Origin: Neoechinorhynchus agilis
Taxonomy: Eukaryota > Animalia > Acanthocephala
Assembly: GCA_051530055.1 (NCBI GenBank)
Contig: CM121342.1
Location: forward strand, 3,409,489 to 3,473,488
Length of the DNA: 64,000 nt
Reading direction: 5' to 3'
Positions 24,799 to 38,762 of this stretch are shown here, piece by piece. A program made the translations under genes and the position numbers. How positions within the stretch are numbered: the first letter of the stretch is position 1; each line of letters begins with the position of its first letter. Under the pieces are notes generated by a model. The model saw nothing but the letters and a program-made list of their open reading frames with translations. It was not told where the DNA came from and did no database searches.

Positions 24799-25506
24799 TC
24801 AACGATGACGGTGGTGATGGTGATTTAAAGCACACATTTCTCTATGTTTCAACATCCTATCAGCTCTTCTTTTAAATATCGCAACCGCATTCCTAGCATC
24901 TTCGTTAAATGCGGCCTCTAAGGCGATATATAGTCCATTTGCTGGATAAATTGGTTGATAGCATATTCGTCCGATTCTAAAAGTAGTGTTCGTAGTGTCA
25001 AAGGTCACATCGCCGGCCTTTTCTTGAATAACAGATATCATCCGGGGAATGATCTCATCGATTGACTTGTAAATTAACTCACAATGATTTAGATCATTAG
25101 TGATGTATTTGGAAAGATCGATCTCTAGATCTGAACTGCATACGTCCATACAAAGATTGAACTTAAAGATAATATTGTCTGGTTCATCGTCGTGGTTTTC
25201 AACCGTTTCCTTAAAATCCTTTCCAACATAACGAAGTGTAAGATAATAAACTTTTTCGTCTTTCTTGTAACTTAGGCATCGATAATATGATTCCCACATT
25301 CCTTCTGTTATCCAATATTTATCAGGGATAAAGTCTAAGAGTTCACCTTGGTCATCGATGAATCTAAATCCTAGTTTAATAAGTAACCAATGAGCAAGCA
25401 CGAGCATTGCATCACTTTTGGTTTTTATATTGTAAATGTGCAACCGACACATTCGGTTTAATCCGGGGAATGTCTCCCAGTTTTTCTTCATATTTTCATT
25501 GCTCAT
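24799..25506 (-). CDS. PI31/PSMF1-like protein (FP domain only)
   Basis: DAMLVLAHWLLIKLGF and DLEIDLSKYITNDL...YKSIDEIIPRMISVI align with the PI31 N-domain (DALVCFLHWEVVTHGY; DLTLNLDDYID...YKNSEELRSRIVSGI). Probable ATG at 25506. Confidence 0.7.
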   Translation of the reverse strand: MSNENMKKNWETFPGLNRMCRLHIYNIKTKSDAMLVLAHWLLIKLGFRFIDDQGELLDFIPDKYWITEGMWESYYRCLSYKKDEKVYYLTLRYVGKDFKETVENHDDEPDNIIFKFNLCMDVCSSDLEIDLSKYITNDLNHCELIYKSIDEIIPRMISVIQEKAGDVTFDTTNTTFRIGRICYQPIYPANGLYIALEAAFNEDARNAVAIFKRRADRMLKHREMCALNHHHHRHR

Positions 25507-27233
25507 GATTGATTTTGTTGGAGTGTTTGTGATGAAGAAGATGTGAATATTGTGTTTTTTTCGCAATATATCATCCAATGTAGGTGTTTTCGGCACATTG
25601 ATTCGGTTTGTGAGTGTTATTGTAAATTCGATGTTGACGATATTTTCCCTTTTGCCACTTTTTGGACAACATGAACAGATTATAATGATCAGCAACTAGA
25701 GCTGGAAACTTGACACTTGTTTAATCTGTCTTTAATTTTTATTCGAAAATATTTGGCATAAGAATGTCACAGTTTCCGAGAACAACCATAATATTTATTT
25801 ACAAAAACAAATGAAGAAACGAATGGTGTTGCCTTCGTTAATTTAAATCATAAGCTCCGTAAAATTGTCGATACGTGAGGTACCGGGGAATGTGATTGGA
25901 ATTATTGTGTTTAGAAGTCTTCACCTGCGGTAAATGATTATTTCGATTTAATAGACGTTCTCGGAACCTCGTGGGGTTCATCATCAGTTTGTTTGTTTGT
26001 ATAAACAATAAATCTACAAACAAAAAAATTTCAATGCAAAATAATATCAATTTCTCTATATGAATGCTCGATTTTTTTGTTGTATTTAACCCAACTTCAT
26101 TTTGGGCTGAACAATGATAACATAAAATACCTCAAAGTGAATTTTTATACAGGGAAATTTTCTATTGGTCTAACTTCACAATATATTCATATTCGAATAA
26201 TTTGCGAATATTTCACATCGCGAAGAGATGAGCCTGAAAATTTTAACCTTTTGGAATACTAATTTTTTTATTAATACCTCAACTTTAGTTAAAACACGAC
26301 TTGTCTATGGCATGAAATTCTTTACGAATACTGAACGATATAGAAAACGAAATATTTTTAAAAGTTAACGTTTTATTATAAATGTAAAAAGGAACTAAAA
26401 ACTGTGGATCAATATTTTGTTCAAAAATACAGTCGTTTTTACCATATTTCGGCCAAAATAACTTATTACCGTCAATCGGAGCTCAACAGTATTTGGAATT
26501 GTTTGATATTGAACACTTGTATACCAAAGGGAGATTGAGCGCGGAACTATTTTGCTGTATAAATCAAAAATGCATCATATTTTTCTTATACTAATAATCT
26601 AAAATTCAATTCAATCGTTTTCTCTATATATATCCTTGAAACATTATTTAATATCTTTTGTTTATCAATCGTTTTCTCTCTAGAGAAAACAAAATAGAAT
26701 GGATAGTCACCGGACACAACGTTTAACAGTTAAATATTCAAAGAATCCGACATTAGTGAAGATATTTTCCACAATTTTTAACCGCAATTTGTATTTTCAT
26801 TACCGACTTGAAAATTAGACGCATTTTATCCCGAAAGCCGCTGCATTTTATAAAAATCGGTAAAAACGAATTTTCCTCTTGACAAGCTAATGACTGCTTT
26901 CCATCGTCAAAATGAAATCAATTATTGGAATTTTTATCGTTGAAACTATTGGATTAAAGCCGCCTTCAAGATATGTGCTGAAAATCTGTACTTCAATGTG
27001 ATACTCGGTTTTCTTTTAGCGGTTCAGAATCTACACAACTGACTCGGAACAAAATGTGAGTAGGAAAATAGGTATGGATACTCTGAAATATATGAGAATC
27101 TAGACTTAAATTAAAAAAAAGCGAAGAAGCGTTCTCATTCCTGAATTTCGGCACACCGAATAAGTAATAACGATTTAAAATACTTTATTCTTTTAGATGG
27201 GGACCAAAATAATCCTTTTAGATTATCTCATTC

Positions 27234-28335
27234 ATGGCTTATGTTTCGTTTAATATAAAATGTAAGTTTCTAAGTGTATTTGAGAGCTCTCCAACGCTTC
27301 AAATAATCTTTAAAATCGTCACTTGTGTTTTCCTCGCTCTCCACCACCTACAAAAAAATCAAGTAAGTGCACACATTTGGACGGCGAGGAGTATAGACTG
27401 TCCTATCAACATTATAAAAAATTCAGCGAAGCTTTACGATTCAAAACTTGCGTAAATCTTCACAATGAACTGCCGAAAGTTTATGTTTTATTTGATTCCG
27501 TTACTTCGAACAATCGGTCTCATTGCGCTTCTATACTTCATCATTACCGATAATAAAAACTTTCAGAAAGCGAAAAACGAAACCAAATTTCTGGACGCTA
27601 TTGAAATATGGATACCACCGATTGCCTTTGCTGTCATCTCAATGGGGTCGGCTTGTGCCTATTTTTCAAGGAAATATACACAAACCATTTCTTTGATAAT
27701 GTTGACCTTGGAGACCGGATTGCTTAGCATCTTCTGCTACATTTCTATTGGGAAAAGAACTCTGGTATCGATTTCAATGATAATCTTCCTGGTATTCCAT
27801 GCTGTTGAAGTGATAATGCATCGTTTGGTGTCTAATAGAACAACTTAAAATAAACTGAGATTTGAATTAAATAAAAGATTTGATTTTGAACGTATTGAAT
27901 ATTACAGATTGCTGTTTTACATTGCGAAATTTCTATCAAGTACCAATCAAATAGTAAAAGTGATCAGGATACTTACAGTTCAACTGGCGAACTTGATAAA
28001 AATAACCTTCAGAATCCTGTCATTCATCATTGTTAAATTTGTATTGCCAAGTTGAGACGTAAATCACAGTAATAGCCAATGGTCAAAAAATATTTATTAG
28101 ATCAATCAAACATCTAAGGGGCTTTTATTAGCGGCACAATGAAAAACAATAATATTCGGAAACAATATCGTTTGCTTTTTACGTACGTTTTCAGATCTTT
28201 AACGTGAAATAATAGCGATAAATATAATCTTTTGTGTTGCTGATATGAAAAGGTCTATGATTCAAGAGATCACATAAAAAGCCAAGAGCCTTTGAAAATA
28301 TTTTTGCCTTTAATAGAAAGTTAAAATGAATTCAT
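27234..28335 (+). repeat. Segmental duplication, copy A (copy B at 30066-31137)
   Basis: Flanks near-identical; the 30-bp length difference lies inside the CDS. Confidence 0.95.
27465..27848 (+). CDS. Small multi-pass membrane protein, paralog A (127 aa)
   Basis: Four hydrophobic segments; ORF conserved in the paralog with an in-frame indel; AATAAA shortly after the stop. Confidence 0.75.
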   Translation: MNCRKFMFYLIPLLRTIGLIALLYFIITDNKNFQKAKNETKFLDAIEIWIPPIAFAVISMGSACAYFSRKYTQTISLIMLTLETGLLSIFCYISIGKRTLVSISMIIFLVFHAVEVIMHRLVSNRTT

Positions 28336-28379
28336 GCCAAGAAAACAGATTTGAAGGTTAAATCACTCAAAGATCCATA

Positions 28380-29830
28380 GAACAAATCCAGAACGAATGG
28401 TGGGCTTTTGAAGCACGGAGGCTACTTCTTCGCGGGCACCCGTGCAATTTACGGTCGAATTCATTAAAAACCAGCCAGATCAAAAAAGACCCAAAGGAAA
28501 CATTTTCACAATAGAAGAAGAAATTCGCAGTAGATGGAAGGAACATTTTTGAGATTCAAAAATAGCAGTGTTTAAAACGAGTTATACAACATAAATCTCA
28601 CTAACCATGGACCTTCATCCGAGTCTCGCAAAAATGAACAGAGCAAACAAGCAGCTTAAGACTCCTGGACCTTTGGGCAGCAACTCACGTTCTAAATTCA
28701 TATCGTTTCTATTCTGTAAAACCCCGAAGATTTTCCTCCGTTTAATAATATTGCTACCAGAACCGCATGATTTCGTTATCCGGGCGGTTGGAAGGGGATT
28801 GCGTTTCCGCAAACAATGCGAGAGTTCTGGACATCAGCTCGGTAAAGCCTCGGACCGCTCAACAAAGTGGGACGAATTTTCCACACTTTGATGTCGCTGC
28901 TTTAATACACACTTCAAATCTCCATGCGTTTTTGGTAGATTCCTAAGGAAAGCGTAAGACGGCGAAATCTTGAAAAATAAAGATTTTTTTCGTCCAAGTG
29001 TCCATTAAAAAAGACCAACCATGCGGAGTATTTCACAAGATTCGGTACTTATAAGACGGCGAAGGCTTGCTCAAACTCAAACAAATGGTGAGGAAAACCG
29101 TACTTTGAGTTCCATGGACATATCCGGATAAATTGCAACAACAAACAAATTGGTTCAACTCTACGTACGAATAATTTGGGAAAAAACAAATGCTTCAAAG
29201 AACTTGTCTAACAAGTCCCGGAAACCACCTTTAATCCTTCAGCATTAACGACACTCCGCTGGAACAAGTCGACCATTTTTCATACTATAAAAGTTTACTG
29301 CAAAGCATTACAAACCTTGATGAAGAAATTAAGTCAGAATGCTGTCTTTGAAAAACTCTAATGAGTATTCAACAACCTGGACCTAAAGAAAGCAACGAAA
29401 TTCCATATCTAGAGTAAAATGGTCTTGACAACATTTCTATACTCTTCGAAACGTGGACGACTAAACTATAGACCATCAAAAGCTGGAAAGGTCTCACCAA
29501 ACGAAACTTCAAAACATTCTGAACGTAAGATATAAGTAGAAAATCATTAACGTTGCGATTCTCAATTTAAAATCCTTCATCAGCGTTTAAACTTGCAAAG
29601 AAATTCTGATTATCGTGTACCAAACAACTTGTGTAAAGAACATTTATCAATGGAAAAAGAAACTAAGAGATCCCAAGCAACGCTTCGAATACCAGTTGGA
29701 AACGAAATTGCAAAATGACAGTATTAACCTGAAAAACTGGACCACGAAATCAAGAATGACATTCAAAGACGCAACAAGAAAAGTTGAACTCGACATCCGT
29801 CGGCACCATCACGAAAATCGAATACGCGGG
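28380..29830 (+). mobile_element. Heavily decayed RTE/BovB-type LINE between the duplicated segments
   Basis: Fragments EEIRSRWKEHF, INDTPLEQVDHF..DEEIKSR, LY..ETWT, and RDPKQRFEYQLETKLQNDSINLKNW, in RTE order, with many frameshifts. Confidence 0.78.
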
Positions 29831-30065
29831 TCCTCAGTTTCGTTGTCCTTAAAATCCTTGCTTTAGAATTGGTTGAGTTTTTCATCTACTAACGCATAAC
29901 AAATGCTTTAACCAAATACTCGGATCGATAGAAGCAAACGACCATTTTGGAGTACTTTTTTTTACAGACCCGAGCATCAGGACTATAATTTGAAAAGAAA
30001 ATTCAAAGAAGCATTGTAATCCCTGCAATCAAGCGCATCGATTTATTGAAACCCATTATAATGAC

Positions 30066-31137
30066 TTGGCGGATGTTTCGTTTAATATAAAATGTAAGTT
30101 TCTAAGTGTAGTTGAGAGCTCTCCAACGCTTCAAATAATCTTTAAAATCGTCACTTGTGTTTTCCTCACTCTCCACCACCTACAAAAAAATCAAGTAAGT
30201 GCACACATTTGGACGGCGAGGAGTATAGACTGTCCTATCAACTTTATAAAAAATTCAGCGAAGCTTCACGATTCAAAACTTGCGTAAATCTTCACAATGA
30301 GCTGCCGAAAGTTTATGTTTTATTTGATTCCGTTACTTCGAACAATCGGTCTCATTGTGCTTCTATACTTCATCATTACCGATATTGAATTTCTAAAAGC
30401 TATTGAACTATGGATACCACCGATTGCCTTCAATGTTATTTCAATTGCATCCGTTTGTGCTTATTGTTCAAACAGATATACACGAACGATTTCATTGATA
30501 ATGTTGACCGTGGAGACCGGATTACTTATCATTTTCTGCTGCTTTTCCTTCCCGAACAGAAGTCGTCTTGGGATTCCAATGATCATCTTGTTAGTTTTCC
30601 ATGCTGTCGAAGTGATAATGCATTGTTTGGTGCCTAATAGAACAACTTAAAGTAAACTGAGATTTGAATTAAATAAAAGATTTGATTTTGAACGTATTGA
30701 ATATTACAGATTGCTGTTTTACATTGCGAAATTTCTATCAAGTACCAATCAAATAGTAAAAGTGATCAGGATACTTACAGTTCAACTGGCGAACTTGATA
30801 AAAATAACCTTCAGAATCCTGTCATTCATCATTGTTAAATTTGTATTGCCAAGTTGAGACGTAAATCACAGTAATAGCCAATGGTCAAAAAATATTTATT
30901 AGATCAATCAAACTTCTAAGGGGCTTTTATTAGCGGCACAATGAAAAACAATAATATTCGGAAACAATATCGTTTGCTTTTTACGTACGTTTTCAGATCT
31001 TTAACGTGAAATAATAGCGATAAATATAATCTTTTGTGTTGCTGATATGAAAAGGTCTATGATTCAAGAGATCACATAAAAAGCCAAGAGCCTTTAAAAA
31101 TATTTTTGCCTTTAATAGAAAGTTGAAATGAATTCAT
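30066..31137 (+). repeat. Segmental duplication, copy B
   Basis: Matches 27234-28335. Confidence 0.95.
30297..30650 (+). CDS. Small multi-pass membrane protein, paralog B (117 aa)
   Basis: Paralog of 27465-27848. Confidence 0.75.
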   Translation: MSCRKFMFYLIPLLRTIGLIVLLYFIITDIEFLKAIELWIPPIAFNVISIASVCAYCSNRYTRTISLIMLTVETGLLIIFCCFSFPNRSRLGIPMIILLVFHAVEVIMHCLVPNRTT

Positions 31138-34100
31138 TGCTCGAAGAGCCTGTCATTATCATCGTAATGACGACAAATAATTTATCAATATTTATTTTGT
31201 AAATACAAAATTTGCGATATTTTAAAGCTTCAGGCGAGAAAATGTCTTAGCGTTAAAAATCATCAAGTAATTAGTTTTTAATATTCTCTTTACCACATAA
31301 TAATTATTTTTCGTGGTAATCAATATAATGACAATTGAGCACAGGCAAAAAACGAAAAGACAAACTTCGATTGAGAACGAAGATTTTGTTACTCGTCCTT
31401 GTTTTTTTTGCTTTTATGCATAAATGATTCTAAAATCACGATTAGCTTTATAAAAGATAAAAGGACATATTTTTGTGAGCATATATTTTCTTCATGACAA
31501 CCATGACAGTAGATTGGCAGGTGGATTGATCCTACGATTATATCTCATCCTTAAGTCCCTTATGACTCTAAAGCTGCATGTCAGCAACAATCATTTCTTA
31601 TATTGCTTCTAGCGAGCAGCACCGCTACATTCACATGAAGGAAGGCAATATGACGGGTCGCTCGATGGTGAAATCTCTTAAACCAAGACTTTCTCAGTGG
31701 CATGAAATGTTGCGGCCAAAGTCTCGAATTTGATTCTAAAAAATCGGACGTTTTCATCGGTTAAGATCACAAAATAATTCAATATAACTATCGAAACTGT
31801 TCGTTATACTTTGTAGTCGGGTTGTCATTGTGTTCCATTCGGTTAATCAGTATTTTTGTTCATGAATGTTTAGATCTATTTAATTTTTTTTGCCTTATCG
31901 GAAAACTGCCATGATTTTTCCCCGTTTTGCGCTTAGTTATTTTATCCTCTGGGAAATCATGGCTTGTGGAGCACTCTTCAGACAAAACTTATTTTTACTC
32001 GCTTGGAGAAATGCCCTCATTGGCGCATTTCATTTAATTTTTATTCAGTTTTCATTGCTAATAATTCACATTACGAACCTATGAAATTCCAATGAGCACT
32101 CTTTAGTTCTTTTACCGTATCGTGCGATTTTAAAGTTTTAAAATTGCGAAGATGCAATCGTTTTTGAAATTCGAAAATTATTGCTGCACACAACACTGTT
32201 CACTTCCATTAGTTTTTAAGGTTTATCCTTTTAAAATAAACTGTCGGTTTTTCTTAAATATATATTTGCATTTATTGAAATTCGTAGTTATCCCGATCGA
32301 AAACGAATATTGTTAGACGATATTCGATGCAATCGGTTTCGCGGAGGAACATGTAAGAAGAATAAAATGGCAAGAACTTCTGTCAAATGGCATTTTAACA
32401 AAAGAAATCACTAGTTCCCAAAGCTTTTTATTAAATCTGAAGACGTTTTCTTGTTTTGAATGACCTCCCGGTAAAGTAATAGCCTCATTTATATTGAACC
32501 TGAAAAAAAAGTAAATATGGGACTTACACTGAAATAGTCTTAAGAATTCTTAATAATCACAAAACCTTCAGTTCCATTAGCTATATCGCGATCCATCAAC
32601 ACAACAAATTAACTGGCCAAATAATTTTTCTCAGCATTTAAAAATTCCAAATTAAAAGTAAGTTTTCTAAATAAGTAATAAAGTTAAAACAATGCAAAAA
32701 GTATTTGAATGTAAGCATTGTTCTCGTCGACGACATTGTTTCTATAAATTTTAGAGTCGTTTATGCACTTGCTACCAACGATGCTGACTAGCAACGAAAT
32801 AGCTCGTTAGAATGATGAGTTGTAGTGTAGATAATCGTTCATAAGTATTAGTAAGGGAGCAAAGAAGGATAAATCGCTAGACATTTTTTTGTTGATAGCT
32901 TAAAACAATCATTTTTTAAGTCTAGCTTTTAATTTGAGTAATTTGAACAGTGTTTTACATGATATTGAGGAAGTTTTGCAAAGGTGGTACGAGGAAATAT
33001 GTTTATTTCTTTTAAGATAATCGATTTCACCAGCTGAAAATGGGATGAATTTTATTTTACGACATTCAACGCTTTTGTACTCTAAAGATTATGTAACAAT
33101 TTTTCGAAAGATCTATTCACCAACCCTTATGAATCAACGAATAGTTTCTGATTCAAAAAAGCACATTTATCTCCTAATCATTTGTTAACTTTAAAATGAG
33201 TTAAAAAACCTTTTTCGTCGTTTTTAAATCTTTTCAAAAAGAAACATAACCCAGATTACCTTGAGGTAGATTGCCTTGGGTGTAATTGGCTGTAGAATGG
33301 AATGTCCCTCAGGCGGTTAGAATTCCAAGTCTCTTTTTTCCAGCTGATGATGGTATAAAATCACAAATTCGTCCTTTCAAAAATGTAAACGGATTTGTTG
33401 AAGTAGCACTTGGAACAGTCATTGAAAGGCGTAACACGATGCCAACGAGAAATGTCTCTTTGTCTTACACCTGCACATTGCGCACTAAGAGATCCGTAAA
33501 CATATCATGATGTCCGGAAACAATATTTTATAGAGCAGCTTTTATACTGTCGGCTATACAATTGTTTCACTAGTAGAAATTCATAAGAATGAAGATCACT
33601 AAAATCTTTAGGAAAATTTGAAATAGTTCTTTATTTTGCATACATAATGTATTCTTATTCCATCTTCCATGCGCTAATTCTAAAAGCATTTACTCCGTTG
33701 TCAAATCGTAATGAAGACAGATTACCTTAGACCATTTAAGCAATTCTTGTCGTTTTTGGTGGATTATTAAAATGTTCCAGCATTGAAATTTATCGCAACC
33801 TTCTTTAATCTGGAATCCTTTTTATTCTTATAGGCTGTTTTGTTGTTGTTGTCTACTACCAGTAAACAATTTTCCAATTGGTTCTCCAAATTGCGCTTTT
33901 GCCTTCAAAGGAAAACGACGATTACGTTCGATATAAAGCCGATATTTATCTTAAATCGCATACGTTCAGGGTCTCACGGCATATCCTTCGGGCCCCCGCG
34001 GAACCCAGCCGATAATCGATTAGAATACTTGTTGTTTTGACCTTTAACCTAAACCAAACCAAGCTGAATAAAACGAACAATAATGTACCAGCTTGATACC

Positions 34101-36398
34101 GACTAACAGTTGTCTAATAAACATTGCGCCAGTTTGTAGATTACTAGCTAATCGCAATGGTGACAATCTTTAAAGTTCTAACGTTACTGGGGTCAGTCTT
34201 TACTCGATGACTCGCCTTTAAAGCATTTCAAAAAGTCATTTATTACGGTCTGCTTTGCTTTCAATCTTTAATGGAGTTTCCATAACATTACTTTCTTTAG
34301 TCGTTTGCTCTTTCCATACTAAGATTTTTTAATGCTAAATTTAAAATTAAGACTTTCCCAATGTGGTGTTGATTTTTATGTGCCTATACATTTTTGCTAA
34401 TATTAAAATTTATATACTAGCAACTTCTAACACTCGGTGAAAACACGATTATAACTAATTTTTTTCAATATGAAAATACATTTTCGTTACTAGACTCAAT
34501 TCATTTTCGGATTCTCCCTTTAAAGATTTTTTTACACCTTCCAAGCTAATTTTCTCCCATCGCAATTTTTATTGGACCCACAGAAAATAGACTCGTTAGG
34601 AGACCTGCAGTTTAAAATCCTTATCGCCAGTGTATCTTGTTTTTCGAAAAAATACTGAATTTGTCGCTGGGAAATTTGCTTCGACGAAAATTCTGATTGG
34701 GCAACATTATAAAATTCTACAAAATATCATGTTTCGCCTAAAAAAATCCTAACATTATTTTCGTGTTCTAAAATGGACTTCAATTTTTTTCTTTGTTTTT
34801 CAAACATCAAAAACCGGCTTGCAACCGTCTCCCCACAAAACCCATGACAAATGTATCGATAGAAACAAAAATCGTTGCATCATTCGCTCTCATTAGTTTT
34901 AAATTTATTTGTCTCAAGAATAGTCTGTAGGCGAAAAGCATTCATTTTTTGGACTTAGCACTACAAAATCTACATTGGATTTCTGCAACAAAATTGTGTA
35001 GACCGAAGCTAAAATGTATCGTATTCGGTTAATCGAAAGTTATGTATGTGATCTACACAATGTGTAGTCCGACACCCAGCAGGAGTTCTATAATTACCAC
35101 AGAACATCCTAATTGTCTGGCGTCTACTTATCATAATAGCATTCCACTAAACTGGACAGTCGTCGGCTATAATTTTTTGGGTTTGAAAAAGAAACAAACT
35201 TTTTTGATCTCGTCTAAATTTTATGGCTCCATGTTTGAGCATTAGCAGGTGCGACGCTTCCTAACGGCGGAGAATGATTGAAGGCGTCGAAACACAACTT
35301 GTCTAAGGGCCTTAGATAATATTTGCTCGGTAATCGAGTCTTATAAACCTCGAGGGGAAAACTCTATGTGAAAAATCGACGCGGACTCGAATGGTATGCC
35401 GCTCAGTCATTGAACATGGGCGAAAATACCGGGAAATCTAATCAAATTTTAGACATGTTTAACAAAGTTATGTCAATTTAATTTTAAGCGTAAAATTTCG
35501 ACACTTTACTAACTTCATGTAGAGTCAAATGCTTTTTTTCGCAATGGGTTTTAGGCTCGAAATGAGTAGGCACATGAAAATGAAATTTTTGATCACCCCT
35601 TTTCGCTTGGAATAATCCCATTAAAAAATTAGTTCTTCAAATCAAAGACTATGTAGTTCTATCTTTTGTTTGATATCAATATACTTTTGCTATTTTTAAA
35701 AAAAAATATCATCAGAATAGTTCTTGTTGACACTATTGAAGGGTTTTTTCGGTCGTATGCCTAAAGGGAAATATATTCGGAATTTATTTTAAAAGTGCAA
35801 TTTCTCTCATTATACGCTTTTGGTTTGTCAATGTCAATAAAGTCACGCAGATTTGCACTCACCTACAGAACGTTATTGACCTCGATACTCAACTTCTTGC
35901 TTATAATTTTTATAAGTTCATTAATAAATTTTTCATAATCAACAAAGTTTCAAACTATATCATGTTAATTCTTAGTGAGCTCACAAAAAGTAAAAAATAA
36001 TCATTTCAATCTTTGCTGTCATTATACAGACTCAAAAATTAGATATCTGCTTTAACCATATACTTCGTGATGATCAAGTTAAAATTGTGGTCACACGGTA
36101 AATAATTTTTCATTAAAGATGTTCTGCGAACTGAGGAGGTTCACAGAACGCTTTCAATAAAAAATTATTAATCAAATTATCCGGTACCTCCTCACATACC
36201 GACATTGCGAAATATTTCGTATAATCTGGAGTAAACTCACCATAATTTTAGTATACCTGCTTTTAATATTTGTAGAATACAAGGCGCTATTTCCGCATTT
36301 GTGGCCGTCGAAATTTCCAACAGAAAAACACGATTATCGGGAATTTATTTGATCGCAGAAATCCGTATAACAGAAAATCGATTTTAGAAATTCTATAC

Positions 36399-38762
36399 CC
36401 TTCCTCCACTGGGCTGCATTCTCCACTAAAGACGCCACAATTTCCTGGATCATATTTGAAATTGCTTAAAAATTAAATATTTACGATATCATCTTCTTGA
36501 GATATTTACTATTTTGTTTGTCCTTCCTCCACTGGGCTGCATTCTCCACTAAAGACGCTACAATTTCCTGGATCATATTTGAAAAAGCTTAAAAATTAAA
36601 TATTTACGATCTCATCTTCTTGAGATATTTTCCATTTCGTTTGTCCCCCCTTCACGGTGCTGCATTCTCCACTAAAGACGCCACAATTTCCTGGATCATA
36701 TTTGAAAAAGCTTAAAAATTAAATATTTACGATCTCATCTTCTTGAGATATTTTCCATTTCGTTTGTCCTTCCTCCACTGGGCTACATTCTCCACTAAAG
36801 ACGCCACAATTTCCTGGATCATATTTGAAAAAGCTTAAAAATTAAATATTTACGATCTCATCTTCTTGAGATATTTTCCATTTTGTTTGTCCTTCCTCCA
36901 CTGGGCTGCATTCTCCACTAAAGACGCCACAATTTCCTGGATCATATTTGAAAAAGCTTAAAAATTAAATATTTACGATCTCATCTTCTTGAGATATTTT
37001 CCATTTTGTTTGTCCTTCCTCCACTGGGCTGCATTCTCCACTAAAGACGCCACAATTTCCTGGATCATATTTGAAAAAGCTTAAAAATTAAACATTTACG
37101 ATCTCATCTTCTTGAGATATTTTCCATTTTGTTTGTCCTTCCTCCACTGGCTGCATTCTCCACTAAAGACGCTACAATTTCCTGGATCATATTTGAAAAA
37201 GCTTAAAAATTAAATATTTACGATCTCATCTTCTTGAGATATTTTCCATTTCGTTTGTCCTTCCTCCACTGGGCTGCATTCTCCACTAAAGACGCCACAA
37301 TTTCCTGGATCATATTTGAAAAAGTAAAAATTAAATATTTACGATCTCATCTTCTTGAGATATTTTCCATTTTGTTTGTCCTTCCTCCACTGGGCTGCAT
37401 TCTCCACTAAAGACGCCACAATTTCCTGGATCATATTTGAAAAAGCTTAAAAATTAAATATTTACGATCTCATCTTCTTGAGATATTTTCCATTTTGTTT
37501 GTCCTTCCTCCACTGGGCTGCATTCTCCACTAAAGACGCCACAATTTCCTGGATCATATTTGAAAAAGCTTAAAAATTAAATATTTACGATCTCATCTTC
37601 TTGAGATATTTTCCATTTCGTTTGTCCTTCCTCCACTGGGCGACATTCTCCACTAAAGACGCCACAATTTCCTGGATCATATTTGAAAAAGCTTAAAAAT
37701 TAAACATTTACCATCTCATCTTCTTGAGATATTTTCCATTTTGTTTGTCCTTCCTCCACTGGCTGCATTCTCCACTAAAGACGCTACAATTTCCTGGATC
37801 ATATTTGAAAAAGCTTAAAAATTAAATATTTACGATCTCATCTTCTTGAGATATTTTCCATTTTGTTTGTCCTTCCTCCACTGACCTGCATTCTCCACTA
37901 AAGACGCCACAATTTCCTGGATCATATTTGAAAAAGCTTAAAAATTAAATATTTACGATCTCATCTTCTTGAGATATTTTCCATTTTGTTTGTCCTTCCT
38001 CCACTGGGCTGCATTCTCCACTAAAGACGCCACAATTTCCTGGATCATATTTGAAAAAGCTTAAAAATTAAATATTTACGATCTCATCTTCTTGAGATAT
38101 TTTCCATTTTGTTTGTCCTTCCTCCACTGGGCTGCATTCTCCACTAAAGACGCCACAATTTCCTGGATCATATTTGAAAAAGCTTAAAAATTAAATATTT
38201 ACGATCTCATCTTCTTGAGATATTTTCCATTTTGTTTGTCCTTCCTCCACTGGGCTGCATTCTCCACTAAAGACGCCAATTTCCTGATCATATTTGAAAA
38301 AGCTTAAAAATTAAATATTTACGATCTCATCTTCTTGAGATATTTTCCATTTTGTTTGTCCTTCCTCCACTGGCTGCATTCTCCACTAAAGACGCCACAA
38401 TTTCCTGGATCATATTTGAAAAAGCTTAAAAATTAAATATTTACGATCTCATCTTCTTGAGATATTTTCCATTTTGTTTGTCCTTCCTCCACTGGGCTGC
38501 ATTCTCCACTAAAGACGCTACAATTTCCTGGATCATATTTGAAAAAGCTTAAAAATTAAATATTTACGATCTCATCTTCTTGAGATATTTTCCATTTTGT
38601 TTGTCCTTCCTCCACTGAGCTGCATTCTCCACTAAAGACGCCACAATTTCCTGGATCATATTTGAAAAAGCTTAAAAATTAAATATTTACGATCTCATCT
38701 TCTTGAGATATTTTCCATTTTGTTTGTCCTTCCTCCACTGTGCTGCATTCTCCACTAAAGAC
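36399..38762. repeat. Tandem satellite, 123-bp unit, ~19 copies
   Basis: Unit CCTTCCTCCACTGGGCTGCATTCTCCACTAAAGACGCCAC...; measured spacing 36401 to 36524 and 36893 to 37016. Confidence 0.98.

Noticed and set aside
31540-31600. Faint resemblance to an SSU rRNA segment (TCATC..CCCTTATGAC..GCT)
   Set aside because: Too short and gapped, with no flanking rRNA similarity. No rRNA or intact tRNA gene was found in the window.
35250-35295. GACGC...GCGTC-GAAAC hairpin resembling hammerhead stem II
   Set aside because: No CUGANGA core upstream and no stem I.
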